Source of the DNA: Dehalococcoidia bacterium | Lineage (GTDB): Bacteria > Chloroflexota > Dehalococcoidia > GIF9 > AB-539-J10 | NCBI GenBank assembly: GCA_046538235.1 | Contig: JBKHJG010000001.1 | Location: 60,581-124,580 of the forward strand | Direction: 5' to 3' | Length of the DNA stretch: 64,000 nucleotides | Shown here: piece by piece, positions 31,569 through 41,818 of the stretch | How the letters are laid out: each line of letters opens with the position of its first letter | Position numbering within the stretch: the first letter of the stretch is position 1 | Program-made: the position numbers and the translations under genes | The notes under the pieces: generated by a model | The model's input: the letters and a program-made list of their open reading frames with translations, nothing else | What the model was told of the DNA's origin: nothing | Databases searched by the model: none

Positions 31569-31984
31569 CTGTGATCACCAGAGACATCACCCTTCAATCC
31601 AAAGGCAATTGCGATCTTATCGATATCACCCCTCAGGTAGCCGATGATGTAGAAAGGTCCGGGGTCAGCAGTGGAATAGTAACCCTGTTCGTGGTCGGCT
31701 CAACGGCGGCGGTAACCACCATAGAATATGAGCCGAATCTGCTCTCCGACTTCGAGAACATGTGGGACAGGGTGGCACCACGCAATATTCCGTACAAACA
31801 CGACAGTACCTGGGGCGACGGGAACGGCCATTCTCATGTCCGTGCCTCGATGCTCGGCGCTTCGCTGGTGATACCTTTTGAGGATAAGAAGCTAACGCTG
31901 GGCACCTGGCAGCAGATTATCCTCGTGGACTTCGACAATCGTCCCAGGTCCCGCCGGATTGCCATTCAGATACTGGGCGAATAA
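31547..31984 (+). CDS. yjbQ: YjbQ/UPF0047 family protein (secondary thiamine-phosphate synthase family)
   Basis: Conserved UPF0047 pattern (ITxxV...TTIEYEPNLLSD...GTWQQIILVDFD). Confidence 0.7.
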   Translation: MAGGKAMTVITRDITLQSKGNCDLIDITPQVADDVERSGVSSGIVTLFVVGSTAAVTTIEYEPNLLSDFENMWDRVAPRNIPYKHDSTWGDGNGHSHVRASMLGASLVIPFEDKKLTLGTWQQIILVDFDNRPRSRRIAIQILGE

Positions 31985-32051
31985 GCAAAAAGAGGCAGTC
32001 TGAATGCTACGACAAGTGACTCTAAGAGTGCTAGGCGCAGGTCAGGCAGGA

Positions 32052-32648
32052 CTAACCGGCGGACGAGACCGGTCCATGCAGTCTCAGGAGCTCGGCCCGC
32101 GAGAGCCAGACCGCCTTAACGTCCAAGGGGCTATCGAAGGTGGAATGTCTCCTCAGCCAGGGGATGTGGTGCGCCTGCATCAGGGCGCTGATGTGGAGTT
32201 GGGCCAGCTTTATCCTCAGGCTGTCCGGCAGGTCGATGACCTGGAATCCCAGCCGGCCAGCGTGACCATGAAAGGCGGTCCAGCCGTACACTGCAACGAG
32301 GCCGCCGTGTTTGCCGTCTGCCACTTCTGCGGCGAGCAGGCGCAGGCCGTCCCTGAAGTAGTAAATGAGGCCCCGCGGGAAGCCTCTGCCTGACTCCGGG
32401 CCGGACCTCAGCCCCTCGGCAATCCAGGCGTTGTTCAAGTGCAGCTTAATGACGCGGTCGCCGGGCCGAACCTCACAACCATCCTCCAGCCTTACAGGGC
32501 GACCCTTGTGACGTCTCAGTTCAATGGAGATAATGCTGTTCTCATTAAGCGGGCGGATACCGAGCACTCTTGTGTAGCCCCTGTTTATGATGGGCAGTAT
32601 GCCTCCTATGACAGCCCTAAGCAGGAGATCTGACATACAACACCCCAA
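32052..32648 (-). CDS. hypothetical protein
   Basis: 198-aa ORF co-directional with and 37 nt downstream of the PaaK-like gene. No family recognised. Confidence 0.4.
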   Translation of the reverse strand: MGCCMSDLLLRAVIGGILPIINRGYTRVLGIRPLNENSIISIELRRHKGRPVRLEDGCEVRPGDRVIKLHLNNAWIAEGLRSGPESGRGFPRGLIYYFRDGLRLLAAEVADGKHGGLVAVYGWTAFHGHAGRLGFQVIDLPDSLRIKLAQLHISALMQAHHIPWLRRHSTFDSPLDVKAVWLSRAELLRLHGPVSSAG

Positions 32649-32685
32649 GAGTTCATCTCAGTTGCCTGGTCCAATGATATCCGGG

Positions 32686-34074
32686 CTACGGTGGCGGCTG
32701 ATCTACGTTGGAGACGATGTTCTTCCACTTCCCCATATGACGGGAGCGGTCTTCAAGGGTGGTCACCAGTTCCACACGGATACTCGGGCACTCGACGCCC
32801 AGAGCGTGCAACTTCTGCGCCAGTCGTTCCCTGACGCTACGGGCTGTTTCTCCGTTACCTTGTTCGAACATGAGCCGCAGGCAGACGCCGTCCGGCTCGT
32901 GGGCCACCTGGTACTGCCGGATGTCAGCGACGCTCTCCAGCACATCCCAGAAATGGACGGGATGAACGGCAACCCGTCTTCCCCCCCGACCTTGAAGGTA
33001 AAGGACGTCGTCATTCCTCCCGTTGATGGTCAAAATGCGACGGAACGGCTGGCCACAAGGGCAGGGCTCGGGGGCGAGCACCATCATGTCGGATATCTCG
33101 TAGCGTATGATGGGTTGGGTGAAGCCGAACAGACTGGTGAACAAGATCTTGTGTCCCAGAGTCCCATCAGGCACAGGTCGGTTGTCCTCATCCACCACCT
33201 CGACAACGCCCAGGTCTTCGAAGATGTGCATCCCCTGGCCGGGATTGCACTCCATAGCGCGTAGTCCCTCCTGGGTGCCGTAGATGTCGAAGATGGAGCT
33301 TTGCCAGGCAGCCTGTAGCTGTTTCCTCAGTTCTCCGGGCAGCGGTTCGCCGCCACCAGCGATAATGGAGGGACTGATACGCAGATGCCCCTGAATCTGT
33401 TCAGCCACAAGCAGCCCCAGCATGGAGGGAAAACCGCGAAGCATGTAGGGCTGTAGCGAATTCAGGCGCTGGACGATCTCTTCCACGGGCGCGGTAGCCG
33501 GTAGCACGTGATAGCTATAAAGGCCGATATCCATGCTCAGGGGGAGTCGGTAACTATCGTGCAGGGGGCTGGGAGAACCAATGGTGACGATCGTGGGGCG
33601 TCTCAGCGAGAAGGGAACCACTCCCATCATGGCGGCAATCCTCATGCTGGCTGCCTGCTGAATGCTCCACTCCTTTCTGCTGAAAACTACCACCGTCCTG
33701 TGCCCGGAGCTACCCGCCGTTGTCAGCACACGATACTCGTCCAGGTAATACTCGTCCCCCGAAACGTGGGCCATATGCTCCTGCAGCTGAGACAGACGCA
33801 AGCGGGGATCAGTGACGATCTCATCGAAGTGCATCATGTAGGTCTTCTTGTCCATTACAGGTAAGTCCTGGAGACTATAGGGTTGAGTCATGCGCAGCGT
33901 GTTACATAGTTCGCGGTAGAAGGGGGAACGCTGAGTTGCCCAATCAAGGAGCTTAGCCAGCTGGCGCTGCTGCAACTCCTCTAGCTTGGCGCGGGGCCAG
34001 CACTCATGTCTGATTAGAGCTTGGCGATAGGCGATGGCTCGGGCCAGGTCTCCTAAGCGACGCAGATTGTCCAT
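32686..34074 (-). CDS. phenylacetate-CoA ligase / coenzyme F390 synthetase-like adenylate-forming enzyme (PaaK/CapK family)
   Basis: PaaK-type motif TTAGSSG in place of the canonical TSGTTG. 462 aa with the family's N- and C-terminal domains. Confidence 0.6.
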   Translation of the reverse strand: MDNLRRLGDLARAIAYRQALIRHECWPRAKLEELQQRQLAKLLDWATQRSPFYRELCNTLRMTQPYSLQDLPVMDKKTYMMHFDEIVTDPRLRLSQLQEHMAHVSGDEYYLDEYRVLTTAGSSGHRTVVVFSRKEWSIQQAASMRIAAMMGVVPFSLRRPTIVTIGSPSPLHDSYRLPLSMDIGLYSYHVLPATAPVEEIVQRLNSLQPYMLRGFPSMLGLLVAEQIQGHLRISPSIIAGGGEPLPGELRKQLQAAWQSSIFDIYGTQEGLRAMECNPGQGMHIFEDLGVVEVVDEDNRPVPDGTLGHKILFTSLFGFTQPIIRYEISDMMVLAPEPCPCGQPFRRILTINGRNDDVLYLQGRGGRRVAVHPVHFWDVLESVADIRQYQVAHEPDGVCLRLMFEQGNGETARSVRERLAQKLHALGVECPSIRVELVTTLEDRSRHMGKWKNIVSNVDQPPP

Positions 34075-34212
34075 TGGTCTCCTTTAGCACTACCATAGCA
34101 TTACCTTCGGGAGCTCACGTTTCCTCCTCGTCCGCTAGGCGTTCAATTTCCCCCAAGCAATCTTGAGTTGCCGCTGATACCTCGTTTTACGAGGTATTTG
34201 GCATTATAGACT

Positions 34213-34241
34213 GGCCCGTATTTATTGTCAACCGTGCCGGC
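34213..34241 (-). promoter_or_regulatory. sigma70-consensus promoter TTGACA-N17-TATAAT (minus strand) for the PaaK-like operon
   Basis: Perfect hexamers read on the minus strand. An 8-bp stem hairpin (atacctcg-tttta-cgaggtat) lies at the predicted transcript 5' end. Confidence 0.5.
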
Positions 34242-34411
34242 TCTTGCTCCCGGAAGCACCACTACCGGGACAGCCGGTCATCGCATGAGGCCCGCGGTGA
34301 AGGCATCACGTCACGCCGAGCGCGAATGTATTGCGGATGCTTGGGCCAGAAAGAGCTGTGGGGTAGCAGGGAAGTTCTGCGTGAACAGCGGATTGCCAAT
34401 CCCTGCTGAGC

Positions 34412-35290
34412 CTAGCCCTCTTTCTCTGGTGGACCAGGCAAGGGATTGCCGAAATACACCTTCGTGTGGGGCCAGGGTATTTCGATCCCCTCAGCATCAA
34501 AGGCTTTCTTGAGGCGAAGCCTCAACTCTCCCATCACCGCCCACTGCTGCATGGGCTTAACATCTCCTATGATCTTGATGTCTATTCCGGAGCTGCCCAG
34601 GCTATTGACCCTCAGGACCTGAGGAGGAGTCTTGATCATCTGACGCCAGTTCTCGTCCTCGGCGAGTTTCTGTCCCACGCTGTTTATCACGCTTATGGCG
34701 TGGTCGAGGTCAGTGCCATATCCTACCGAGATATCGAGATTGACCCTGGCAAAGTGCCTGGTGAAATTGCTGGCTACCCTGATCTCGCCGTTGGGCACGT
34801 GGTGGACTATTCCATCGAGGTCGCGCAGCACGGTCTTTCTCAGACCCACCTCCTCCACGAGGCCCGATATATCGGCTACCCTGACTACGTCACCCACCCG
34901 GTACTGGTTTTCCAGGATGATAAAGATGCCGGCGATAAGGTCTCTTATCAAGTACTGCGCCCCAAACCCCACGGCTACGCCGGCGATGCCGAAGCCGGCC
35001 AAGACCGGCGCAATGGGTACGCCGACCTCGTCCAGGATCATCATTATGGCGACCAAGACGATGAATATCCGCCCAGCTCCCTTGAAGATAGAGAGAAGTG
35101 TCTTGGCCCTCTTCTCCATCCCCTCCTTGCTTTCCTTATACTTGGTCCGGGCTACGGCGCTGCCCACAAGAGGCGGGAGCAGTCTGTTCAGGCCGAACCA
35201 GAGTATGGCTCCCACTATGACTATGACGACGATGCGGATGCCGTGGTCAATCAACCAGGCGTTCACAGTGGCCCAACTCAGTTCCGACAT
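34412..35290 (-). CDS. small-conductance mechanosensitive channel (MscS family)
   Basis: Three-TM N-terminus and the conserved MscS beta-domain (RVGDVVRV...G..V..I.LR). Confidence 0.88.
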   Translation of the reverse strand: MSELSWATVNAWLIDHGIRIVVIVIVGAILWFGLNRLLPPLVGSAVARTKYKESKEGMEKRAKTLLSIFKGAGRIFIVLVAIMMILDEVGVPIAPVLAGFGIAGVAVGFGAQYLIRDLIAGIFIILENQYRVGDVVRVADISGLVEEVGLRKTVLRDLDGIVHHVPNGEIRVASNFTRHFARVNLDISVGYGTDLDHAISVINSVGQKLAEDENWRQMIKTPPQVLRVNSLGSSGIDIKIIGDVKPMQQWAVMGELRLRLKKAFDAEGIEIPWPHTKVYFGNPLPGPPEKEG

Positions 35291-35449
35291 ATGTTACGTC
35301 CCCCGCGACACGGTCTGTGCATGGGTTGACTGCACACCATTTTAGACCTAATCAAGCCCCTTGTACAGCTACACCCGTGTTGCGGTGGATAAACATCACT
35401 CAATGTCCGCTCCTCGCTGTCCGTTCCTGTTGCACCTTTGCTGCAGGAT

Positions 35450-35478
35450 TTGTTGCTTTTCACGGCTTGCTCTATAAT
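35450..35478 (+). promoter_or_regulatory. candidate promoter TTGTTG-N17-TATAAT for the nfeD-stomatin operon
   Basis: Located 20 nt upstream of the nfeD start. Confidence 0.4.
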
Positions 35479-35498
35479 GGGCTAGAGGCAGCTACCAG

Positions 35499-36812
35499 AT
35501 GCTCAGACTTGCGCTCAGACTCTTTTTCCTTGCTCTGCTTGTGCTGGCCGTGGTTGCCGGCCTGGCAGGCAGTATGATTGCTGTCGCCAGCCCTACCACC
35601 GTGGAGATCCTTCGCGTAGAGGGCGTCATTGTGCCCGTGGTAGCAGACTATATCGATAGAGGTATCACGGAGGCCGAGAGGAACGGCGCCACCGCCTGCA
35701 TAATTGAGCTGAACACCCCGGGCGGGCTTCTCGACTCAACCGCGAGAATAGTCGAGAGAATCCTGGGTGCTGACGTGCCCGTTGTGGTCTACGTTTCACC
35801 TGTAGGTGCCTGGGCTGCCTCGGCAGGAACCTTCATTACACTGGCCGGACATATAGCGGCTATGACGCCGGGCACGACCATGGGCGCTGCCCATCCTGTA
35901 TCTGGTGGAGGGGAGGAGCTACCGGAAGACCAGATGAAGAAAATAGTGGAGTTTTCGGCCAAGTGGATGGAGACCATAGCTGAAGAGCGTGGACGCAACA
36001 TAGAAGAAGCGAGGCTGGCAGTAACGGAGAGTAAGTCGTTCAGGGATACTGAAGCTCTGGCATACAATCTGATCGACCTGCGGGCGGCGGACCTGGATGA
36101 CCTGATCGAACAGATCAACGGCTGGAAGGTCACGGTCGACGGCAACGAGGTTACCATCGATACCACGGACTATATTGAGAACAGAAACGAGATGAACAGC
36201 GTTGAGAAATTCCTGCACGTCATCAGCGACCCCAACATAGCCTACATCCTCTTTACTCTGGCTACCGTGGGTCTGGTGGTGGAGATTTCGAACCCGGGGC
36301 TGATCTTCCCCGGGGTGGCTGGCGGCATCAGCTTGTTTCTGGCGTTCTACTCCCTGGGCGTGCTCGGGGCTTACTGGGGCGGACTGGCACTCATGCTGCT
36401 TGCCGTGGTCCTCTTCATCGCCGAGTATTTCACCGAGAGTTTCGGGCTATTGACAGCCGGAGGGGTGGCCGCCCTGGTCATAGGCTCCTTGATACTGTTC
36501 AGCCACAGCCCGGGAATAGAGGTACATAGAGGCTTGATTGCCGGTGTAACCGTCGGCATCGCGGCCTTCGCCATCTTCGTCGTCGGAGCCATCGTGCGCG
36601 GGCAGAGGCGACCCAAGGCCACCGGAGCCGAGGGAATGATCGGGAAGATGGCCATAGCAAAGACGCCGCTTGATCCTACGGGCACGGTCCTAGCCCAGGG
36701 AGAGCTATGGTCGGCCGCGACTGAGGGCGACAGGGTACTGCCGGGCGAACAGGTAACAATATCCAGAGTGGAGGGACTGCAACTATGGGTATCAAAGAGA
36801 CCAACAAAGTAG
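35499..36812 (+). CDS. NfeD-long membrane serine protease (ClpP-class) with C-terminal OB-fold domain
   Basis: Signal/TM segment, ClpP-like protease domain (GGLLDST...SAG), multi-TM region and a C-terminal NfeD OB domain. Confidence 0.8.
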   Translation: MLRLALRLFFLALLVLAVVAGLAGSMIAVASPTTVEILRVEGVIVPVVADYIDRGITEAERNGATACIIELNTPGGLLDSTARIVERILGADVPVVVYVSPVGAWAASAGTFITLAGHIAAMTPGTTMGAAHPVSGGGEELPEDQMKKIVEFSAKWMETIAEERGRNIEEARLAVTESKSFRDTEALAYNLIDLRAADLDDLIEQINGWKVTVDGNEVTIDTTDYIENRNEMNSVEKFLHVISDPNIAYILFTLATVGLVVEISNPGLIFPGVAGGISLFLAFYSLGVLGAYWGGLALMLLAVVLFIAEYFTESFGLLTAGGVAALVIGSLILFSHSPGIEVHRGLIAGVTVGIAAFAIFVVGAIVRGQRRPKATGAEGMIGKMAIAKTPLDPTGTVLAQGELWSAATEGDRVLPGEQVTISRVEGLQLWVSKRPTK

Positions 36813-36825
36813 GAGCGCGGCACAT

Positions 36826-37152
36826 ATGCACGTATCCGTGCCAGGTGTCCACATGACTGGCCCGATTATCCTCAGCATCGTCCTGGTCGTCGCCTTCATC
36901 GTTATCGCCGTCTATGCCATCATAAAGGGCCAAAGGCGGAAGATCTCAGCCGGCGTGGAGGAAATGATAGGTAAGGAAGGCGTGGTGCGTGCGGCGCTCA
37001 ATCCCAAGGGCACCGTCCTGGCCGAGGGTGAGTTATGGACAGCCATAGCCGAGGATAGTACAATAGAGGTCGGAGAGGAAGTGCTAATAACCAAGGTCGA
37101 GGGACTCAAACTGCGGGTGACAAGAAAACCTAAGGAAAAGGAGGCAGCATGA
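36826..37152 (+). CDS. NfeD-short (TM + OB-fold domain)
   Basis: ~55% identical to the C-terminal ~75 aa of the preceding NfeD-long (GQRRKISAGVEEMIGKEGVVRAALNPKGTVLAEGELW). It precedes the stomatin gene. Confidence 0.7.
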   Translation: MHVSVPGVHMTGPIILSIVLVVAFIVIAVYAIIKGQRRKISAGVEEMIGKEGVVRAALNPKGTVLAEGELWTAIAEDSTIEVGEEVLITKVEGLKLRVTRKPKEKEAA

Positions 37153-37916
37153 ACGTTTTCATCTATTTCCTCATCGCGGTAGTAGTAGTAATACTCCTAT
37201 CGGCGGCTATCAAGATCGTTCGAGAGTATGAAAGGGGCGGCGTTTTTCGTCTGGGAAGGTTCGTAGGCCTCAGAGGACCGGGCCTGGTCCTGATAATACC
37301 CTTTATCGAGAATATACGGAAAGTGGACCTTCGTGTCATAACCATGGACGTTCCCCAGCAGGAATGCATCACCGTGGACAATGTCACCGTGCGGGTTGAT
37401 GCGGTGATCTACTTCCGGGTGGTTGAAGCCTCAGATGCTATCCTCAAGGTGCTGGACTATGTCAAGGCAACCTCGCTGCTGGCCGCTACCACTCTGAGAA
37501 ACGTTGTGGGCCAGTCTACGCTGGACGAGCTATTAGGCCAGCGGGACAGGCTCAACGAAAAGATACAATCTGTGGTTGACGAAGGCACCAATCCCTGGGG
37601 CATAAAGGTGAGCATGGTGGAGGTCAAGGACGTACAACTGCCGCAGGCGATGCAACGGGCCATGGCAGCCCAGGCTGAGGCTGAGCGAGAGAGAAGAGCC
37701 AAGGTCGTCCACGCCGAGGGTGAATACCAGGCGGCGGAGAAGCTGGTCGAGGCTGCCCGGGTGATCTCCAGTCAGCCGGCAGCACTACAGCTCCGCTATT
37801 TGCAGACGCTGTCGGGCATTGCTACAGAGAGAAGCAACGTCATCCTGTTTCCCCTGCCGCTGGACATACTGGCGCCCTTCCTGAGCAAGGGCGGCGAGTC
37901 ACAGAAGAGCAAGTAG
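37149..37916 (+). CDS. SPFH/band-7 (stomatin-like) protein
   Basis: N-terminal TM segment, SPFH domain and a C-terminal coiled-coil (AQAEAERERRAKVV). Confidence 0.9.
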   Translation: MNVFIYFLIAVVVVILLSAAIKIVREYERGGVFRLGRFVGLRGPGLVLIIPFIENIRKVDLRVITMDVPQQECITVDNVTVRVDAVIYFRVVEASDAILKVLDYVKATSLLAATTLRNVVGQSTLDELLGQRDRLNEKIQSVVDEGTNPWGIKVSMVEVKDVQLPQAMQRAMAAQAEAERERRAKVVHAEGEYQAAEKLVEAARVISSQPAALQLRYLQTLSGIATERSNVILFPLPLDILAPFLSKGGESQKSK

Positions 37917-38240
37917 CCTGATGTAGGGCGTTTCAAGGCCAAATTGCAGGAGCATTGGGCAGAGACCTGCGGATTCCGCATGGTTCCAGGCCTGGGCGGA
38001 TCTGTGGACATCGTGCCAGGCCATGCACAGGGCTGAGGCTGCCAGCTCTGCTGAGGAGGATGCACCTCAATCTGCCGGGAGCCGTCAACTATTGATGCGG
38101 CGGGAGAATGACCAGACGGCAGTCAGTGCCCAGCAGGGTCGGGAACAACACTCGGTGGCTGCCGGTCCGTTTCGATCCCGAGCTACCACTCCGACGTAGC
38201 GGGCCCCGCCCGACGGCTTTCCTTCGCTCAGGAGGCAACT

Positions 38241-39896
38241 ATGGCTAGCAAGAGCAAGCAAGAATGGCGTGAGACCACACTGGCTTCCACTGTGAAGCGC
38301 GCTGCCGAGCGGGAAGAGAGATTTGAGACCAGCTCCGGCCTGGAAATAGATACTGTCTATACGCCGGAGGACCTGGGGAATTTTGACTACGCTCGGGACT
38401 CAGGTTACCCCGGAGAATACCCCTTTAGCAGGGGTGTCCAGGCCAATATGTACCGGGGCAGACTGTGGACCATACGGCAGTACGCTGGCTTCGGTACCGC
38501 TGAGGAGACCAACCGCAGGTATCGCTATCTCCTGGAGCAAGGACAGACGGGGCTGAGCGTGGCCTTCGATCTGCCCACACAGATCGGCTATGACTCCGAC
38601 CACCCCCTTGCCAGGGGCGAGGTAGGCAAGGTTGGCGTGGCTATTGACAGCCTACGGGATATGGAGATCCTCTTTGAAGGCATACCTCTGGACAAAGTAA
38701 GTACATCGATGACCATAAATGCCACTGCCCCGGCTCTCCTTGCCATGTACATCGCCCTGGGCAGGAAACAGGGAGTTGAGTCCGCCAGGTTAAGCGGCAC
38801 CGTCCAGAACGACATACTTAAGGAGTATATTGCCCGGGGCACCTACATATTCCCGCCCCGTCCATCCATGAGATTGACCACAGATATATTCGGTTATTGC
38901 GCCGAGCAGATATCCCGCTGGAACACCATCAGTATCAGCGGTTACCACATACGGGAGGCGGGGTCGACTGCGGCTCAGGAAATCGGGTTCACCCTGGCCA
39001 ACGGCATTGCCTATGTTCAGGCAGCCATAGACGCGGGGCTTGCCGTGGATACGTTCGCTCCCAGACTGTCTTTCTTCTTCAATAGCCATGTCAACTTCTT
39101 CGAGGAGATTGCCAAGTTCAGGGCAGCGCGACGTTTATGGGCCAAGATCATGAGAGAGAGATTTGGTGCCGGAGATAGGCGTTCGTGGACGCTTCGCTTC
39201 CACACTCAAACTGCCGGCTGCAGCCTTACAGCACAGCAACCACATAACAACATCGTGCGCACTGCCTTACAGGCCCTGGCCGCCACCCTGGGAGGTACTC
39301 AGTCGCTACACACCAACTCCTTCGACGAGGCTTACGCTCCCCCTTCCGAAGAAGCGGTGACCATAGCTGTGCGGACCCAGCAGATATTAGGCTACGAGAG
39401 TGGCATCGGTGACGTAGTCGATCCTGTGGGAGGCTCCTATTACGTAGAACATCTGACCAACAGCCTGGAAAAGGAAGCGGGAGAGCTTATCAGCAGAATC
39501 GACGACCTGGGTGGCGCGGTGGCTGCCATAGAGCAGGGATATCAACAGAAGGAGATCCAGGACTCCTCCTACCGGTACCAGAAGGACATTGAAAGCGGCA
39601 AGCATACTGTGGTGGGTGTAAACAGATTCGTATCCCCGTACCCGAAAATAGCTGGCCTGCTGCGGGTTAAGCCGGAAGTGGAGGCGAGGCAGAAGGAGAG
39701 GACTGCCCAAGTCAGGAAAGAGAGGGGCAACGGTTATGTCTTCCAGGCGCTTAAGCGCCTGGAAGATGCCGCCCGGAGCAGGGACAACACCATGCCCGCC
39801 TTTCTTGAATGCGCCGAAGCCTACGCCACTCTGGGCGAGATATGTGACGTGCTGCGGAAGGTGTTTGCCACTCAAAAGGAGTTTCTGGTTTTCTGA
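38241..39896 (+). CDS. methylmalonyl-CoA mutase, large catalytic (substrate-binding) subunit
   Basis: High similarity to the MCM TIM-barrel domain ([26 protein letters not shown]). The Tyr in NMYRGRLW is characteristic of MCM rather than isobutyryl-CoA mutase. Confidence 0.9.
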   Translation: MASKSKQEWRETTLASTVKRAAEREERFETSSGLEIDTVYTPEDLGNFDYARDSGYPGEYPFSRGVQANMYRGRLWTIRQYAGFGTAEETNRRYRYLLEQGQTGLSVAFDLPTQIGYDSDHPLARGEVGKVGVAIDSLRDMEILFEGIPLDKVSTSMTINATAPALLAMYIALGRKQGVESARLSGTVQNDILKEYIARGTYIFPPRPSMRLTTDIFGYCAEQISRWNTISISGYHIREAGSTAAQEIGFTLANGIAYVQAAIDAGLAVDTFAPRLSFFFNSHVNFFEEIAKFRAARRLWAKIMRERFGAGDRRSWTLRFHTQTAGCSLTAQQPHNNIVRTALQALAATLGGTQSLHTNSFDEAYAPPSEEAVTIAVRTQQILGYESGIGDVVDPVGGSYYVEHLTNSLEKEAGELISRIDDLGGAVAAIEQGYQQKEIQDSSYRYQKDIESGKHTVVGVNRFVSPYPKIAGLLRVKPEVEARQKERTAQVRKERGNGYVFQALKRLEDAARSRDNTMPAFLECAEAYATLGEICDVLRKVFATQKEFLVF

Positions 39897-39940
39897 GCGA
39901 CGTAGTTCAAGGGTATGTTGTAACTAGCACAGGAGGCAAA

Positions 39941-40363
39941 ATGGCCAACAGGATCGACCACATCGGCATTCTGGTTAGCAATCTCGATGAAGCGGTAAAG
40001 CTCTATCAAGACTGTTTTGACGTTGAGATTGAGAAGGTTGCAACGATTTCAAAGCAGGGAGTGAAGGCAGCCGTCCTTTCCCTGGCCCAGGGCGCCAAGC
40101 TGGAACTACTGGAACCACTGCCGGGCAGCAATATGGCCAGAGTCCTGGAGAAACGAGGAGAAGGCCTTCATCACATAACACTTGAGGTCGATGACGTAGA
40201 TAAAGAGCTCGGCCGTCTGTCCCAGCGGGTGGAGTTGATAGATAAGAAATCGCGTCCCGGCCTGGAGGGGATGGTGGCTTTCCTCCACCCCAAGTCGCTC
40301 AGAGGAGTGCTTGTTGAACTCTGCCAGAAAACGCAGGGGGCGCCGGGACATGACCAAACATAG
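39941..40363 (+). CDS. methylmalonyl-CoA epimerase (VOC/glyoxalase family)
   Basis: IDHIGILV...HHITLEV metal-binding pattern. Located between the two MCM subunits. Confidence 0.85.
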   Translation: MANRIDHIGILVSNLDEAVKLYQDCFDVEIEKVATISKQGVKAAVLSLAQGAKLELLEPLPGSNMARVLEKRGEGLHHITLEVDDVDKELGRLSQRVELIDKKSRPGLEGMVAFLHPKSLRGVLVELCQKTQGAPGHDQT

Positions 40364-40751
40364 GACCCGCATTCTACTGGCCAAGCCGGGTCTGGACGGG
40401 CACGACAGGGGTGCCAAAGTGGTGGCCAGGGCTCTACGGGATGCCGGCCTGGAGGTCATCTACACCGGCATCCGGCAGACTCCTGAGATGATTGTGGAGG
40501 CCGCTGTTCAGGAGGATGTCGATATTGTGGGGCTCAGCATACTGTCGGGGGCGCATCTGGAACTCTTCCCGCCGGTAATAGAAGGCCTGAAGCAGAGAGG
40601 AAGAGGAGATGCAGTGGTTATCGCGGGCGGCATAATACCCGAAGATGATATTCCGGCCCTACAGGAGATGGGTGTAAGAGCTGTCTTTGGGCCGGGCACC
40701 TCGACAGAGGACATCGTCAGCTTCATACAGAAGGAAGTGGCCCCCAAATAG
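40350..40751 (+). CDS. methylmalonyl-CoA mutase small subunit (B12-binding domain)
   Basis: DxHxxG cobalamin-binding motif ([10 protein letters not shown]). Start at the internal ATG ([11 protein letters not shown]); the ORF track extends it to 40311. Confidence 0.88.
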   Translation: MTKHRTRILLAKPGLDGHDRGAKVVARALRDAGLEVIYTGIRQTPEMIVEAAVQEDVDIVGLSILSGAHLELFPPVIEGLKQRGRGDAVVIAGGIIPEDDIPALQEMGVRAVFGPGTSTEDIVSFIQKEVAPK

Positions 40752-40760
40752 AAAGGCCCG

Positions 40761-41705
40761 TCAGGGCTCGCGTTGAGCGACACCGACAAGCTCGGTGATA
40801 TCCTCCACTCCGTTGTCCAGCATGAAACGTTCCAGCCCCTCAAGTATGGTGAGGCAGATGCCGGGATCAGTCAGGTTGGCAGTGCCTATCTGTACGGCAG
40901 TAGCCCCGGCCATGATGAATTCCAGAGCATCCTCGGCGCAGGCAATCCCGCCACAGCCTATCACCGGAACGCTGACCGTGCCGGCTACTTCGAACACCAT
41001 GTGAAGAGCCACAGGCTTAATCATGGAGCCGGAAAGCCCGCCCCCAATATTCCCCAGGCAGGGCCTTCTGTGGATTATGTCAATTGCCATTCCCTTCAGC
41101 GTATTGATGAGCGATATGGCATCGGCTCCGGCCCCTTCCACGGCCAGAGCGATTTCCTTAATGTCAGTCACATTGGGACTCAGCTTGACGAGGACGGGTA
41201 AGCTGGTGGCGGACCTGACGGCCGATGTCACGCCCGCGGCAAGCTCGGGATCGACGCCGAATTCCATACCTCCTGCCGAGACATTGGGACAGCTGATATT
41301 CAACTCAATGGCACTGACGCCGGGCACGCCGTCCAGTCTGCTCGCCACAGCCACATATTCATCAATTGTCTCCCCCGCTACATTGACAATGACGGGAACC
41401 TGCCAGGTGGTCCACAGAGGCGCTTTCTCCCTGATCAGCGCATCGACACCAACATTCTCCAGGCCCACCGAGTTCAGCAGCCCACCGGCACTCTCCGCCA
41501 GCCGAGGCTGAACATTGCCCGCTCTGGGCATAAGGGTGGTTCCTTTGCAGACAATGGCGCCCAGCTTCTGGATGTCGGCGATTTCGCCGTACTCCTGGCC
41601 GTAGCCGGCTATGCCGGCAGCTATCATCACGGGATTGGCCAGCGTCAGCCCTTGAGGATGCCGGGGGGCCAACTGGACACGAAGGTTGGCCAGGCTAGTC
41701 ATCAA
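40761..41705 (-). CDS. pyrD: dihydroorotate dehydrogenase catalytic subunit (class 1B type)
   Basis: FMN-binding TIM-barrel motifs (NISCPN; VIGCGGI). 314 aa. Confidence 0.8.
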   Translation of the reverse strand: MMTSLANLRVQLAPRHPQGLTLANPVMIAAGIAGYGQEYGEIADIQKLGAIVCKGTTLMPRAGNVQPRLAESAGGLLNSVGLENVGVDALIREKAPLWTTWQVPVIVNVAGETIDEYVAVASRLDGVPGVSAIELNISCPNVSAGGMEFGVDPELAAGVTSAVRSATSLPVLVKLSPNVTDIKEIALAVEGAGADAISLINTLKGMAIDIIHRRPCLGNIGGGLSGSMIKPVALHMVFEVAGTVSVPVIGCGGIACAEDALEFIMAGATAVQIGTANLTDPGICLTILEGLERFMLDNGVEDITELVGVAQREP

Positions 41706-41818
41706 CTAAGACTTTAGCACCGCGGGGGACAAAAGGAAAGGCGCCGGCAGCAACTGTACTCGATTCACGGGACCGGTCCGGTCAGGGCCTGCTATTCAGA
41801 ACGCCAACAACCACAACC

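Noticed and set aside
38100-38240. Possible tRNA or cobalamin riboswitch upstream of methylmalonyl-CoA mutase (a gtttcgatccc T-loop-like string; B12-dependent enzyme)
   Set aside because: No complementary T-stem, D-arm or acceptor stem could be formed. No B12-box (GCCACTG) or other riboswitch core is present.
39941-40363. The methylmalonyl-CoA epimerase as a generic glyoxalase or bleomycin-resistance protein
   Set aside because: Its position between the two MCM subunits and the metal-ligand pattern (H..E..H..E) favour the epimerase assignment.
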